A stretch of 64,000 bases of DNA, from contig CM022670.1 in the NCBI GenBank assembly GCA_012295275.1, positions 40,858,001-40,922,000 of the forward strand, in the 5' to 3' direction. Positions 1-15,746 of this stretch are shown piece after piece. Under the pieces are notes generated by a model, which was given only the letters and a program-made list of their open reading frames with translations, made no database searches and was not told the origin of the DNA. Numbering within the stretch: position 1 is the first letter of the stretch; every line of letters starts with the position of its first letter. Made by a program: the position numbers and the translations under genes. The stretch is from Chrysomallon squamiferum. Its lineage: Eukaryota > Animalia > Mollusca.

Positions 1-151
1 CAGCAATATGAAGTGAATTAAGACATTTACTCTACATTTTATTCATTCTTCATCAAATCCCTGGCGAGTCAGTCACTGAATCATGTTGTCATAGGCTCCT
101 ATGGTATGAGATGTTCTTAGACCATTTGTGCATAGAATCGATTCTGTTCAC

Positions 152-199
<48 letters not shown>

Positions 200-1079
200 A
201 GTTCTGTTATCGACTAGTCTGTATAGACCTGATTAATCGAATAGATTAATCGAATAGATTAATCGTGCCATTTTGTTTTATGTTTAATAAATGTAAAGGC
301 TATACATACATTTTTTTTTTTAAATTGTTTTAGAAGAAAACAATTTTATGAATTTTAAATAATTAGAAACCCCATTTTATGTATGCATGTTTGTATGTGT
401 GTGTGTGTGTGTTTCATTCTGTTAGAAGCATCGAAATAGTCTAAATACGAACATTTCACATTCTTTAGATAACGGATAGAAAGAATGAGTTACGATAGTG
501 TTCTGTCAAAAATCATTTTAAATATTTTCGTATTTAACTGCAAGACCACACCTCTTGTACACATGTTTAGTCTCAGTATTTTTTTTTTTTTTTTTATTGT
601 TAGTCTTTAAAAAAAATACTAAAATAAAACAATACCCCCACCCCACAAAAAACCCAAAAAAAAAAAAAAAAAACACCACAAGGGACAACACAACAGATTT
701 ACAGACGAAACTGGTAACATTTTCAATTCTTCAGACACCAGTGTCTGTTTATATTGTAGCGCTGACGTACCTTTCCTCTGTACATCCCCGAACCAGAGTG
801 ATTTGCTTATACGTCACGTTATTAAAACAGACGTTCTGGAACGGTTGCTTGTACTAAAAGTAACAATCTGTGACAGATACATGCCATTAAAACAAAAAGC
901 CCATCGACAACTACGAGCGTGTTCCAGACTCCCCGTATTGACGCGAAGACAACTTTCTCGCCAATATACAAAGATACCGCTCCATTCCCCCAAACTGCGA
1001 AAAGGTGACCTTTTTTCTGGGGTCACGCAGCCTGATTCTCAAACCGTGGCTTACGTTGGAGATCGCTCTGTGGCAGTCT

Positions 1080-1241
1080 ACCTCTCTCGCGGGACAGTTT
1101 TTAACACCGGGAATCGCTACCGTAGCGATCTTCTGCCGGGGAAGTTAAGAAAAGAAACGACTGGTTATTCGCGTATTGTTTAGTTTTGTTTTCATTCTCT
1201 TTGTGTTGTCCGGCGATGCTAGACTTCTCTGACGTGATAAG
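1080..1241 (+). other. Candidate non-coding first exon (5' UTR) of the claudin-like gene; 5' boundary approximate
   Basis: Locally GC/CpG-rich block ending in a strong donor AAG|GTAAGA at 1241/1242, followed by low-complexity intron-like DNA. Confidence 0.35.
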
Positions 1242-1370
1242 GTAAGATATTTCTTTTTTTTTTTTTTTTTTTTTTTTTTTGTGTTAAATAATTCAGTCAC
1301 AAATGCGATTTGTTGTCTGCTAATAATTATAATAAAACAATCAAATAGCTTTTTTAAAAAAAAAAAATTG

Positions 1371-1431
<61 letters not shown>

Positions 1432-1455
1432 TCTTTCCTCTCCCTTTTTTTTTCA

Positions 1456-1487
<32 letters not shown>

Positions 1488-2115
1488 ATTTTCAGCACAC
1501 ATATAACAGACAGTAAGGCATTATATTAAAATACTGCATATCAGAAACTTTATTAATATACATCATGACAGATTACGCAGTTTTATCTCATAACTGGTTA
1601 CATTATGAGAAGAAAAAAAATATTGGATACAAAAACAACACCACCATTGTAAAGTCAAGAAAAGTTTGATATTTAATAACTTTTTAACTTGATTTTAAAC
1701 TGTTTCGGTAATGAAGAGGATTTTAAGAATATTGTTAATTGATGCATTACGCATTATATATACAAACGTATCTTTTTATAATTATATATAGTGTGTAGAT
1801 TTTATTAATTGCGCGAATGTGATCTATCTGTCTACCTACCTACATATATACAAACATACACTCATATACGCACAAACACACACATAAAAACATACGTAAA
1901 CACTATGTGCCAAGTTACTGTAGGTAAAAAATATAACAATTTGTATTAAAAGTGTCATTGTTGAATTATAAACAAATGCAATATGTTTACGAATTTTGAA
2001 CATAACAAATGTACTAGATGATATTTTTAATATGATACTTTCACTATTTTGGTGGGGATTAAAATAATTAGTTACACGTTTTCCAATTTTTATATAATTA
2101 TCTGTTTACCATAAA

Positions 2116-2169
<54 letters not shown>

Positions 2170-3258
2170 GTAAGAAGAAGAAGAAGAAGAAGAAGAATCA
2201 CAATCACAATCACAATCACAATCATCATTATTATCATTATCATAACGACTACGAAAACAGCAATAACAACAATGATAATAAACGTCATTAACAACAACAG
2301 TAACGACTTATTGTCGCAGTATCACCGACTACAAACAAATCAAATTAACATAAAATACCAGACATTTTATAAAAGAGATTTGACAGTCCGAACACAGAGT
2401 TGTAAAACAACAGCATTGGCTTAAAACTAATGAAAACGAAATCTTCAAACAGTCGAACACCACGGAAACTGTTAAATCTTTCGTGAAGACAGAAATAATT
2501 TATAAACCAGCATCACTTATTTACCTGTGTTAATTTCAGCCTATAGACGTTAATATACTAACAACAGCAGCATCAGCAACAACACCAAACTACATCATTG
2601 TCAACAACAGCAACAACAGTAATACTAATAATAATAATAACAGCAATAATAACAACAGCATCAACAACAAACTACATTATTATCATCATCAACAACAACA
2701 ACAATAACAATAATAGTAATAATAATAATAATTTGGTCTACATAGAACATTTTCAGTTTACGTAATTTTACAGCGAATATTTAAATTTAATTACTACTTT
2801 TTATGTGGAACAACATTCGGGTTGAATCCAGACTAGACAGGAAACGTAAATAACAGGTAAAATTGCTTTAACTTCAGAATAACGGGTTTCGTACGTTTTA
2901 ATGTTTAACTGGAGAGTAATGAATGTAATATAAGAATAGTAAAGTGTTTATTATCAAACCATCTTTTCGTTCATAAAGGGAACTGCTTGCGATGAATGTG
3001 CAGTCTGAGGTTTAGTTTTTCAATGGTTCTTAGGACAACGGAGATCACAGACTTGTGATTTTCTGTCTGCAAGAAGATGTATTTAAGAAACCACTTGTGT
3101 TTACTGTGGACAAATAAAAGTATTTATCATACTCATGTATGTTAATATAATATATTGAAATCATTTTTAACAAATAATGGCTATTAATGTTATTGCCATC
3201 ATTAAACTAATATACATATTCGAAACGCGATGAGAGAGACAGAGAGAGAGAGGGAGAA

Positions 3259-3377
<119 letters not shown>

Positions 3378-4849
3378 GAGATTTTATCTTTAAAATGCTA
3401 TGATGCAAATATACAAATGGTTTTAATTACAGTCAGTGAAATTTTAACTGATTTCGCCGTTTCAACTTTGCCACGGTAATAAATTTGATGGTAGAAGACT
3501 TTTAATTTACTCTGGCATCTCGAAATAAGATCCAGACCAAAATTAAATTAATAAACCTGTATCTAATATTAGTGTAACTAGGTTTTAATTGAAACATAGA
3601 TTATAAAGACTCCATACAATTTTCCGCAGACTTGGCACGACCTTTGCTATCAAAGAGAACCTAAGAATGATACATTCGTGTATGTAAATATACAATTTCA
3701 CAAATTCTCTTCAGATTCTGCCGCTGGTTACATGGAAAGATAATATAATCATGTCTGATAAATAATATGTGGCAGATTCACAAAGCTTTCAGTTGATGTT
3801 TGATAATTATACTTTCAGACAATGAAGGGTTGTCTTAAAATGATAATTCTTTCAGCCCATGTCGGTTAAGTATATAAGAGCCAAATTGATTTACTTCAAA
3901 TCAGTATATTGGTTAATTCTTCCTGGTCGAATTTTATATATAAATTATGATTCAGGTGTATTACAAATTTTTTAAAAACAATGTTGAATAATTATCTAAG
4001 ACTTTACTGAATAAAATAATATAATTATATAATATAATTTTATAAAAAAAAAAATTTAAGAAAAAAAAAGATTTTGAAAAAGAAAATAAAACAGACTGAG
4101 TGGGAAGGAAGAAGATAAAAGTGTATTTTTGAAGATAGAGAGAAAAACAAAGAATGAAAGAAAGAGACGGAAAGACAGGCTGAGTATATATATATAAACT
4201 ACAATAACTTTGCCAGCATCCTGCATGTTTTACTTATAATCAATGAATATTTAGATAATTTCCCCGTATCTAGGAAGTGACGTAGATATCGTAATATTAG
4301 CCCTCGCGATATTAAAGATATCAGCGAAAGAAACATTCTTCAGCAATATCAAATAACTCTTGAGTATAAAAATCTGGATAATTGCTGGTGCACAGAACTT
4401 TTCATTTTAGATGCAGATACAGCATCTAGCAGTAATTTGTTTATCTCGATAGCATCTATTCGTTTCAAGAGCTATTTGATGTTTGCCCCAAAACCGATAA
4501 TGGCCGATATTTGCCGACGTGCATGTGTCGAAAGCAAACAAATGGCGTCACGGCTGAAAACTTAATTGGCGCAAACACGAAGAATTTTGAAACGGTTGTT
4601 GGAAGGAAGAGGCAAAGTGGAATCGTTTTATCTGTTTATATAAATAACTTTCTGCTGATTAGATCGCGCATTGTGTGAGGTGGGCTGAGCCCGTTTCATC
4701 TGATTTAGCAGCAAAACGAGACTTGTTGTACTCCGCGAGTGTGATTTACAGGGGACAGGTACATGCAAAATAATTTAGAATTAATGGTGATAGCCCTTCA
4801 TTTAGTAATTCATTCACTTGCTTCTCAAACGATACAGAGAGACTGTGAG

Positions 4850-5112
<263 letters not shown>

Positions 5113-8100
5113 GAAAGAGGACCTCCCAATAAGCGAACACACGTCTTGTAACAAGATTTGAGTGCAACCTCCTGATATTTAATACTCGCAAAACGGTAAC
5201 CAACTGCAAAATTCTGCTGTTTCTGTAGAATGTCAGAAACGAGATAAAAGAAAAATGTTTTGTATAAAGAAGCAACCAGATATCGTGAAGACTCCGTTCA
5301 CGAAACTTATTAAGCGGGTAGCGTGGTGATTGTTTGTGGGTTAGCCAGATAAAACTACTAATCAGTGCAATAACAAGGGCAGAGGACAAGGTGAGTTCTA
5401 GGGATTTATCGTCGACTTTTCGTATCGCCACACCTGGCTTTTGCTATTTAGTGTCAATTTCCACACGAAAACATTCTCTGGTGATATCGTTTTTCAGAAA
5501 ATGCGCTGTAGATCTGCGGTGAATTTCGATGGTAATCTTATATCAGTTAATCAAATAAATTTCTCAGATTGGAAAAAAACGTGAACGTGTGGATGTTAAA
5601 AGTTAGACGTCGGTTCTAACAGAACTTTTCTGTGTCTGTCTAGACAATCGTAGGATTTAAGCCTAGAAATGAATTTTTAGTTTTTTATATCTGGAACTTT
5701 CATACTGCTGTTGCTACTTCTACTACTACTACTAGAAGAAAATGAAAAAAAAAAAAAATCATTAACGTAATTATAGATTTGTTTTGAAATTTTGCAAAAT
5801 ACTAGCTGTATTTAGTAAACGAAGTGACAAGTGTAGTCAGATGTGTATATACACATTAACAAATGAGCTATAGTTACATTAAATAAAGGTTTGGGTTTTT
5901 GTGGTAAAAAAAAAAAAAAAAAAAGTTCTTCTTTTTCTGACTTCTCGTTAAACTTCCATGTTAGTATTTCCGAGTACTATCTAGGAAAAAAAAACAAAAA
6001 AAAAAGATGAAGTAATAATCACATATTAAATGTCATGGAACAAATTTTGTTTTGTAAAATAAAAAGATAATTTTAATCAAATCTTTACGTGTGTGTGTGT
6101 GTGTGTGTTCTTTAATAAAAGTTATTCATTTTTTGCTTGTAGCCTTACTTTTAATTAATTAGTATGATAGCTTTATTAATTTGTCCTAAGACTGTTATAT
6201 TCCACAATTCCACCTATAAAAAACATTCACCAGACCATCGAGTTAACATTATTCTGATAACATCTTTCCAATCACTGCAATTGTGAAGTCTTGCATTGTC
6301 TGTGTCTGCATTCAGAAAAGAAACGTTCGTACATCCAACACCGCTTAATAACACCGATCATTTGGTATGAGACTAAATAGGTCAACATCACGAGATAATC
6401 GAGATGTATTTCACAACATCGCGATGGGATCCATAGACATTCTTCTTTACAACGCCCAACCCATTGTTTCCGAGCACCAGCAAAACGTCAGAGGCAGAAA
6501 CAGACAGGTATGTGTTTAATGGCAAACAGACGATCAAGCCACTACCAGAATTTTGTTTCTGCGTTTGTAAAACTCCTCAGACGCCCGCCCGTGAATCGTT
6601 CGTACTAACATACCTTTCTGGTAAGCAAGCTGTTTTAAAGATGCGCAGCTCGTTGTAGGGGGAAAAAAACAACAAATCTTGTCATTTTTTTTGTATAACA
6701 ACATAGGTGCACTTTGACTGGACGTGTGTAACAAGGTCAGGTGTCTGGATTACTCTGAGATCGGCTCACGTGGAAGTGTAAATCTGATAGCAGTGCAAGC
6801 AGTAGTATAATTTGTAATGATGAATTTGTGTTTAAAATAACTGTCTATCTATGCGTGTCTCTGTGTTCGCCTCCCACTTCTGTCTGTCTGTCTGTCTCTC
6901 TGTCCAGATGTTCAGCTGCGTATCTCTCTCCGTGTGTCTGCTTATCTTATTTTCTACATGTGTATGTAGGTAGGGATATGTGTATGTGTGTGTATGTGAA
7001 CGTATATATGTATATGCATATACGTGTATTCATTTGTGTAGTGGATATACTTAATTCTATTTTTATCAGTTACTTCTCTTTTTTCTCTATCTGTCTGTCT
7101 GTCTGTCTGTCAATCTTTGTCTGTCTCTTTCTGTGTGTATATATATTGTCTGTGTGTATATATATTGTCTGTGTGTGTGTTGTTGTTTTTTGTGCTTTTT
7201 GTTGTGTGAGTTTAAAGCAAATTCTGAAAAAAGAAAAGAAAAGAAAAAAAAAAAAAGTAAGAGAAAAACAACGAAGAAATTATTATACTAAACGCTTCAT
7301 CAATGTCGAATTTTCTGAGCTCTGATTTGACTTTTTGTGTCTGTTCCAGAATTCCATTTTTTTTTTTCACAGCATCATCAAATTGCCATTATCCTACTTA
7401 GCTCTGTAAATATGTTGACGTGTCGTGTTATTAATAGCCTAGGTGTCAAATACTTCCGATACATCCAGAATTAACAATTAGGTGTGAAACGCAAACAAAA
7501 CTGAGAGATGAGAATGCACGTGTTTTCTGTATTGGCAGTCAGGGCGAAAGAATTAAAAAAAAAAAAAAATGTATCAGAAGAAACTGCTAAGGATATATAC
7601 TTTTTTCTTCTTCTTCTTTTTTTTTTTTTCCACCATTTTTTTAAAGAAGTAGAAAACCATGATCGTGGAAAGAAAATATCTCCACAGTGCATTTGTTAAT
7701 TACTGAATATTGGGTGTCAAATGCGGTAATTGCGAAACAAGGTTTAAAGGGTCTCGTCTGTTAAAGATTTCACACGTCGAGTATATACATCTTGTCTGGG
7801 TTTTCTTAGCGGATTCCGCGTGTAAAGTGTGCTGTTGTTTTCACTTATCGAGATGTATTTCACAACAGTTTAAAACCTATTCTTTTTTTGTTGTTGTTGT
7901 TCAAATTATTTGTCAGAATATATGCCTGAGTATGTGTGAGTGATTGTGTGTCTGTGGTATTATATTTGTCTGTGATAAATCTCTCTATTTTTTTTATCTC
8001 TCTGTCTGTCTGTCTGTTTCTCTCTATATATATTGTGTTTATATATATATATATGCATACGTATATATATATATATATATATATACATGTGTGTGTGTTT

Positions 8101-8261
8101 GTGTATATGTATATATAAATTTATATTAATTTCAGTTGCAGTGGAACATTCAAAATGACGTAGCTGTTTAATGCTAACCATTCGTTGTTGCATATACTAT
8201 CAAACCCACATCGACTACGACAACATCACACAATGGTTGACTGACGAACACCCGGTTCACG

Positions 8262-8451
8262 ATGCACATGTCAGGACACTTCACGGCCTCGTTGGCCCTG
8301 CTGCTGATTGCTGCAGTCACGTATCTTGTTGCGTTGGCAACGACGTCGTGGTCGGCTTCAGGCGAAGAGCTGACGTTTGGGATCTGGGAGTTCTGTTTCT
8401 GGAACATTGAAGATCAGGAGAAAAAATGGAAATGTCTGACAAGCAAAGCAG
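8262..8451 (+). CDS. Claudin-like gene, coding exon 1 (TM1 + ECL1)
   Basis: [30 protein letters not shown]...GIWEFCFW...KCLTSKA; donor G|GTTCGT at 8451/8452; acceptor TTTCAG at 8135 or TTGCAG at 8141 upstream. Confidence 0.85.
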
Positions 8452-9661
8452 GTTCGTTTAATTTATTAATTAATTAGTGGATGGATGGATTGATGGATGG
8501 AAGGAAGGAAGGATGGAAGGATGGATGGAAGGATGGATGGATGTTGATTGATAGATGGATGGATGTTTGGGTTAATGGATGATTAGCTGAAACAAAACGG
8601 ATTTTTTTTTTTTTTTTTTTTTTTTTATATATCCATTCATTCAGTAAATGAATAGGTCACTCATATTGACACATTAATTTGTCAGTTTCACCAACTATGT
8701 AGATGTGTTGTTAATCGAAATAAAAATAAATCCCATTATGTGGCAGCAGGGAGTCCTCTCACTCGTCAAACAGCACCTTAGCAAAATCAAATCTCGTGAA
8801 ATGCGTGTATTAAAATTATAGCCTTGTTTTGTTAAAGACCAGACGCAGTCGAATGCCACTTACAACGAAGTAGACCAGTAAACCATGTTAATACTACGCT
8901 GCATTCAGAGCAGGCCATGCAGACAAGTGCGACTACTTAACAGTCTACAAGAACATGGAAATTGACTGTAAAGAATTTTCGGTTACACTCTAAAACATAT
9001 TCCTCTGATAATTATGACAGCAATTTACATTCTATAGTGCAATTTCTTCTTCTCTATCACAATTAACTGTATCTGTTGCGAGTTATTCTACGCCGTTAGT
9101 AAAGGTTCAAATGTTAATTCGATTATACAGGTGGAATTTGTCTAGAATCCGCGTTCTGATAAATTATGTTGCCCTAAGTGAATGTTCGGTTGGCATGACA
9201 GGGCCGGTTTGTGATTCTGGTAATGTCGTCTGCTGGACGTTTGCCATTTGTTTGCTTATGATAAAACAGAAGAAAAAAAGAAAAGAAAAAAAGGCATAAT
9301 GACAACAACATGAAGAAAAAAAAAAGAGAGACAAGGAGAAAGAATAATAAAGCCACACACATCTGCAATAACAAAACCAGTGATAATTATAAACAAAACG
9401 TTTTCAGAAGATTTATCTATCTCTGTGTATATGTGTGTATGTACGTATGTATATTTTTATGTATGTATATGGATGTATGTGTGTATGTATATATGTGTAT
9501 CTCTGTGTGTATGTGTGTGTGCATGCGTGCGTGCATGCGTGTGCATGCGTGTGTGTGTGTGTGTGTGTGTATTTCACCATCTATCTACCTGCCTGTTTCT
9601 CAGAATGTTATTTTACATTCATAAATAGACCTATATGCATTAATGGAATACCTGTCTTTAT

Positions 9662-9697
<36 letters not shown>

Positions 9698-9699
9698 TA

Positions 9700-9746
<47 letters not shown>

Positions 9747-10097
9747 TACTATTATTATTATTATTATTTTAAATGTTTTAACTTTTTTCTTCTAAACTAG
9801 TACAAATATTCAGAAATAATCGTAATGTTCTGATATAAATATCTCCTCTACTTTTTCTGCTCTAAATACCTCTAAACTGCTACAAATTACAAAACATCAA
9901 ATTTGTTTTAAAAAAAAAAAAAAAAAAAACCCGATTAACACACAGACACGCATAAAGAAGAGAGAGAAAATAACATAAGTGTTTTAAAAATAAATAAATA
10001 TATAATAAATAAATAAATAAATAAATAAATAAAAAAAGGGATAAAAAAAAAAAAAAATACAAAATGTAAAATAAAATACGAAAAGCAGAAAAAGATC

Positions 10098-10134
<37 letters not shown>

Positions 10135-11239
10135 AGAAGAAAAAGAAACTTTCACCGAACAGTTACTGAAAATAGCGTTTAATTAAAAACCGTCTCAACT
10201 CAGCAGTTGGTCTGATGTTTTATTTTGGAGATTTCAGACGATTCGTTTTATCACGAGATCCTGTCTGTGAGTTTACAAACGAGCTATTTAAAATCAAACG
10301 CTTTACGTGTTTGAGGACAAAACGTCTACAGTGAAAATGTCAGCTGTTAAAATGTCAACGGACAAAATGTCAACGGTGAAAATATGAACTAGTGAAGCGC
10401 ATACAGCGGTGAAAATATCATCTTTCAGACTGTAAACTTATCAAAATAATTAACAAAAATATATTGTAAGTGCCTTTCTTTGACCTTGTCTCTCATATAT
10501 TTAGATAAAACGTACACACACACTCACGCACACACACGCATACACAGACACAGACACACACAAACGTACATACATCTATATGTAGACAGAGATAGACAGA
10601 ATATAGATCTGATTGTCTGTCTCTCTGGCTGGTTGTCTGTATAGATGTAAATCTGTTTATGATTTTAATTAATTTATTTATTTATTTGTATTAAATACAC
10701 AAAGTCTTAATTTTTTCAAAACTTAATGGATTATTCACAAATAATGGAAGAAAGAAAAAATAAAAAGTATTTACTACAAAAAAAAAAAAAAAAAAAAAAA
10801 AGTTTCTCCAGTTTTCTTTGAAACTACCTTTATCGTCTTACTGAATTTATCCTCATCATAAATTAAGATCATGGGCATAGTTAAACAACCTGTCACATGC
10901 ATTATATTTTTATGTAGGCGACGAATACGCGATGTTTTACACGTGTTTTATCAGCGAGTGTTAAATAAATGATTACTTGTTTGTTTTAACTCGAGCCTTG
11001 CGTGTAAGTGACACGAGTGTAAAGCTGTCAAGGGTTTTAAGAAGATAAACATGTGTGGATGAAACACACATAGGGCCAATTAAAAATACATAAGTGCCAA
11101 AGCAGATGTTGTTGGCAAGCATCACCTTGGATTCTTTGGTCATCGATCGATACTTATTTTGGTTTTTTAATCTTTAAAATAAAAGGAAAAATAATTTTTT
11201 TTTAAATAATTAAAAAATTAATTTATGAAGAAAAAAAAA

Positions 11240-11270
<31 letters not shown>

Positions 11271-12356
11271 TTTATCTATTTATTTATTTATTTATATAAT
11301 GTTTTGTTTATCGTTGTTGTAGTTGATGTAGCGATGCTGGTGGCTCCAGATAATATCAATAAGACAGTTCTTCACTAATGTTATTTTTATTACGTATATT
11401 TGTTTTTCTTTTACTTCTTCACGTCGGCGGGCTGTTTTAGGCCGATGATGTTTCAATCACAAGTTTTCTTTTCTTATCCAAAATGGACGTCTGGGTGAAG
11501 GCGTTTGGGCGGGAAGGCAGCCAGCCAGGCAGACAGACAGACAGACAAACCCGCGCGCGCCTATAAGCAGACGGAATGTTATTGCAGCAAACAAACAGAT
11601 GTATCTTTTCGATCAACCGCGATCAGTGCAATACAACAAAGCTAAAACAAAAAGAAAAAAAAAAATGGAGAAGAAAAAGTTATAAAAGAAAGAATAAAGT
11701 GATGCGTTGGGAGGTATACAGATGCGTGAAACCGTTAAGCAATTTGTATTTCATTTAACCTGCAATATTAATCATTGCTGATACGCGAATGAAACCAGTG
11801 GCAGGCATTACTAACGATTTCGGAAGACTTGATGGGAGTCGTGTATGTTCGCTTTTCTCACCTATGAATCATGGAGATTTAACATCTGCAAAATTTTATT
11901 TTACGTTTTTAAAATTTTTTCATCGTGTTTGTTTGTTTCTCCCTTTTTTTTTTTTCTCACCAAATTTATTTAAAATACGCATTTTTGTATTGACGGATGG
12001 GAAAGCTCGTTAGAAAAAAAAAAAAAAAATGGTGCTGACAGAAAATTGAGTGAGATTTCATGAAGGCTCTCCCCACGTGTTCGCGGTGAGCGGTGATGTA
12101 TGGGAAATTGTCTTAAAGGGCTCACCGCGCAACTTCAGGGTCCAGTCTTCAAGGTGTGCGCTACACGTGTACTTAATACATGAAGTAAACGACATTTAAA
12201 AATTACTGTTTTTTGGTAAATTCCAGTGCAGTGATCGTACATAAGATTTCACTGATTTTATTTTTGTTAGAATCATTTGGGAATATTTCAAAATCATTGT
12301 ATGAGTTGTTCTCCATTTTGAATCTCCTCTTTAAGAAAAGAAGAAATAAAATTAAT

Positions 12357-12445
<89 letters not shown>

Positions 12446-15400
12446 CAGAAAGTAAGAAAGTATGTTGGTAAGTAAATATATAAATAAATGAGCTGCTTAA
12501 TTAAAACACTCGCTGTAAATAGTTTTACTTTGATCGATTAATGTATTTTGAAGAGTAATTTGTCAGTAATTTTTTCTTTAAGATGTCTCATTAAGTATAC
12601 TTCATTTTTTTTATTTTTTTTTTTTTTTTTTTCGGTGGTTTCAGATCTGTTAATGTTTAATTAGCCTTTATGACGCCTGAGGTTGAGAAATATCACAGTT
12701 CGTGTACTAGGTTGCTGAGATAAAAGAATATTTCGTTCTTCAGAAGACTCATGCCTTTACATTTAAAAATAAAGTTTCAATAATAATAATAATAATGATG
12801 ATGATAATAATAATTGTTATTATTATGTACATGAATTTTTTTTTTGGACATTGAGGACTATTGTGTTAATATATTTGTTGTTTTATTTTATTTTTTTTTT
12901 TTCTCTGATAAACTGTTCGGTCTTGTTATTTCAGACTTCACAATGGCTGCACAAGCATTTTCTATCCTGGCTGTCATGTGTTATGCTGTGGCTTTTCTCC
13001 TCTATCTCGCCTATATCATCTTCCCAACGTTATCCAAATCCAGGCCTGTCACCATGGGCCTCTGCCTTCTTGGGTTCTGTGTCGGTAAGTGCAAGATCTT
13101 CAGTTTTGAGATTTAAATCACTCAAAGATATCAAATGAAGAAGAAAAAAAAATTGTTTTAAAGTCTAGTTGGACTGAATATTTTAGTTATTTATTAGTTT
13201 GTTTGTCTGTTTCTTTCTTTCTATCTTTCTTTCTTTCTTTCATTTTTGTTTGTTTGCTTCCTTTTTTTATTATTTTTTTTATCTAGAGTTAAGTTAATAA
13301 TGACACTAAGCACACAAGCATACGTGCATACATACATAGATACATAGATATATAGATATATAGATACATTCATACATACATACATACATACATATATACA
13401 TACGTACGTACGTACGTACGTACATACATACATACATACATATATATATTCATAAATGCATATACAGACTCATAGACATATATACACACATACATACGTT
13501 CGTACATGCTTTACGTCAAACACAAACATATCTACATGACGTTTCAATACTTCTATTAAGCTCTTCTTCTTTTCTTTTTTTTTCTTTATACTTTCTTTCA
13601 CGGTTTATCTGTGAGGATTTACGGCATGCCATTAATTAGCACAGGTAACTGCTGTGGCTAGAGATAACCTTTCAGACATGATACTGCGATGACAGGTTCG
13701 TCTGAGCCTGTCAGGTCTGCCGAAACCTCCTGTCAGGTCGACCAGTTCGCTTCCCAGAGAAAACAAACAGCGATCTCGAGATCAACGAGCGCTTCCTTCC
13801 ACTGCTCACTCGATGCAGAACAAGACGTTTGCAAACCGCCTTTAACATTTCAGCATTACAGAGTGGATTCAATCTGTCACAACAGTTTGCGTGCGTATGG
13901 GCGTCTGTCATAATTAGCTTCCTGAAACAAAAAGAAACAGCTCCGCTGTAAGCCCGCTGGCTTGTTTTCACTTAATGTTCCGCTACCTGTCAGACTGATG
14001 TAAGACTTTTGCTTCCGTTGCTGTTGTTATTGTTATCTTTACTGCTGCTACTACCACTACAACTACTGCTGGTGTTGCTGCTACAACAACAACTACCACA
14101 GCAATAATTACTATTATTACTTTTACTGCTGCTGTTACTGCTACTACTACTATTGCTGCTACTGATATTACCACTATTTTTACTACTGTTATTAGCACTA
14201 TTACGATAGCTTCTGTTACTACTACAACTACTGCCGCTGCTGCTATGTCAGTTAATGTTACAACTACTGCCACTACCACAAGTATTGCTACTGCTATTTT
14301 TATCATCACTACTAGAATGATCCTGACAGGATGTTTGGAAAGCCTGGAATTCTAGGAAATATTTATTTAAGAAATCTACACTGACATGTTTTCAAACAAC
14401 ACGTTGAAAATGATTCCCGTCTTCTTCTGAACTTAACTAATTGTTTCCGGGATTACAGGGGATCGCTTATATACCGTTATTTCACATAATAACAACAACA
14501 ACAACAACAGCAACAGCAACAACAACAAACACAAAAACAACAACAAAAGCAGAAAATAATAATAATAATATAATCATCATCATCAGTAATTGTTTATTTA
14601 TTTATGCTTTTCGTTGACGGTCTTATATTTTTCTTGTCCAAATTCGTTTACTTTTTTGCTTTATTGCTATTGTTATAAACAAAGAACAGCTAAAATTAAA
14701 TAGCATGATGCAGATAATAACTAAACAAACAGACAAACAAATGAACACAAGATCTTTAAAATTGAGTTACGTAATTCATTTCCTTTTATTTTTTTTAATT
14801 TAATGTTTTCTTTCTCGCTTTTTTAACATCTTTTTTTTCTTTTTCTCACCCTTTCTCTTGACAGTTAACGAGTTTTACTAACGTAAACAAAGAAATAACT
14901 AAAGAAAGAAAAAGAAAAAAAACGAAAAAAAAAAAACGAAAAAAAAGTAAGAAATGAAAAACTGGAACAAAAACAAAACAAAATAAAAAGACCTACAGTT
15001 TTACAACGTCTGTGTTAATGAGATTGCAGTTAAAACGACGCCTAGAACTGGCTTTCACAATTTACAACTGTCAGCTTTAACACAACGAGATTTACAAGAA
15101 AAGGTTTAGTGAATCAAAACATCGTAATACCTGTTACGCATTCGGTTTGCTCTAAATCAAAACTCGACATACTTCCTGCTACCAACTGAACTGCATTACC
15201 ATTGTTTCTAACAAACAACCTAATCAATTATAATTCCCTAACTTCACCAGTTCGGAGAATATTCTTGTTATGTATGTTCTGGTGCATTTCTAAATTTCTC
15301 TCGCCTTCCGTATTGCTGGAAAACACAAAAATAAAGTGATGTATGGCGTAAGTTAGTGTTTCGTGTAAATTAGTGTCATGTGAATACAGAGGCTCACGAA

Positions 15401-15715
15401 TCTTGGGAGACAGAGGGGGCAACGTGCCCCCCAAAAAAAAAAAAAAAAAAAAATGTAGTGAAAACTGGGGTAAAACAAAAAGAAAGTGATACTTCTATTT
15501 TGAACAAATCAACCCATTTGTCTCATTTACTGCGAACAGAACAAAATTACTGAAATAAAAGGACTGTTTATAGTGTGTATTACATTATGGCATATTTAGC
15601 TGTCCATAATCAGATTCCATTAATATTTATTTATTTGCAGGGAGATTCAGTTAATTTTGATTACTGAATGTAAAATCAATAAACGATTACATGGTGAAAT
15701 TATTGAATTAAAATG

Positions 15716-15746
<31 letters not shown>

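Noticed and set aside
803-1183. 126-aa ORF
   Set aside because: Non-ATG start and no recognisable motif; better explained as GC-richer promoter/5' UTR sequence.
13689-13971. Overlapping 74/86-aa ORFs in a GC-richer patch of claudin-like intron 2
   Set aside because: No family motifs, and the host gene is complete without them; the patch may be regulatory, but nothing supports that directly.
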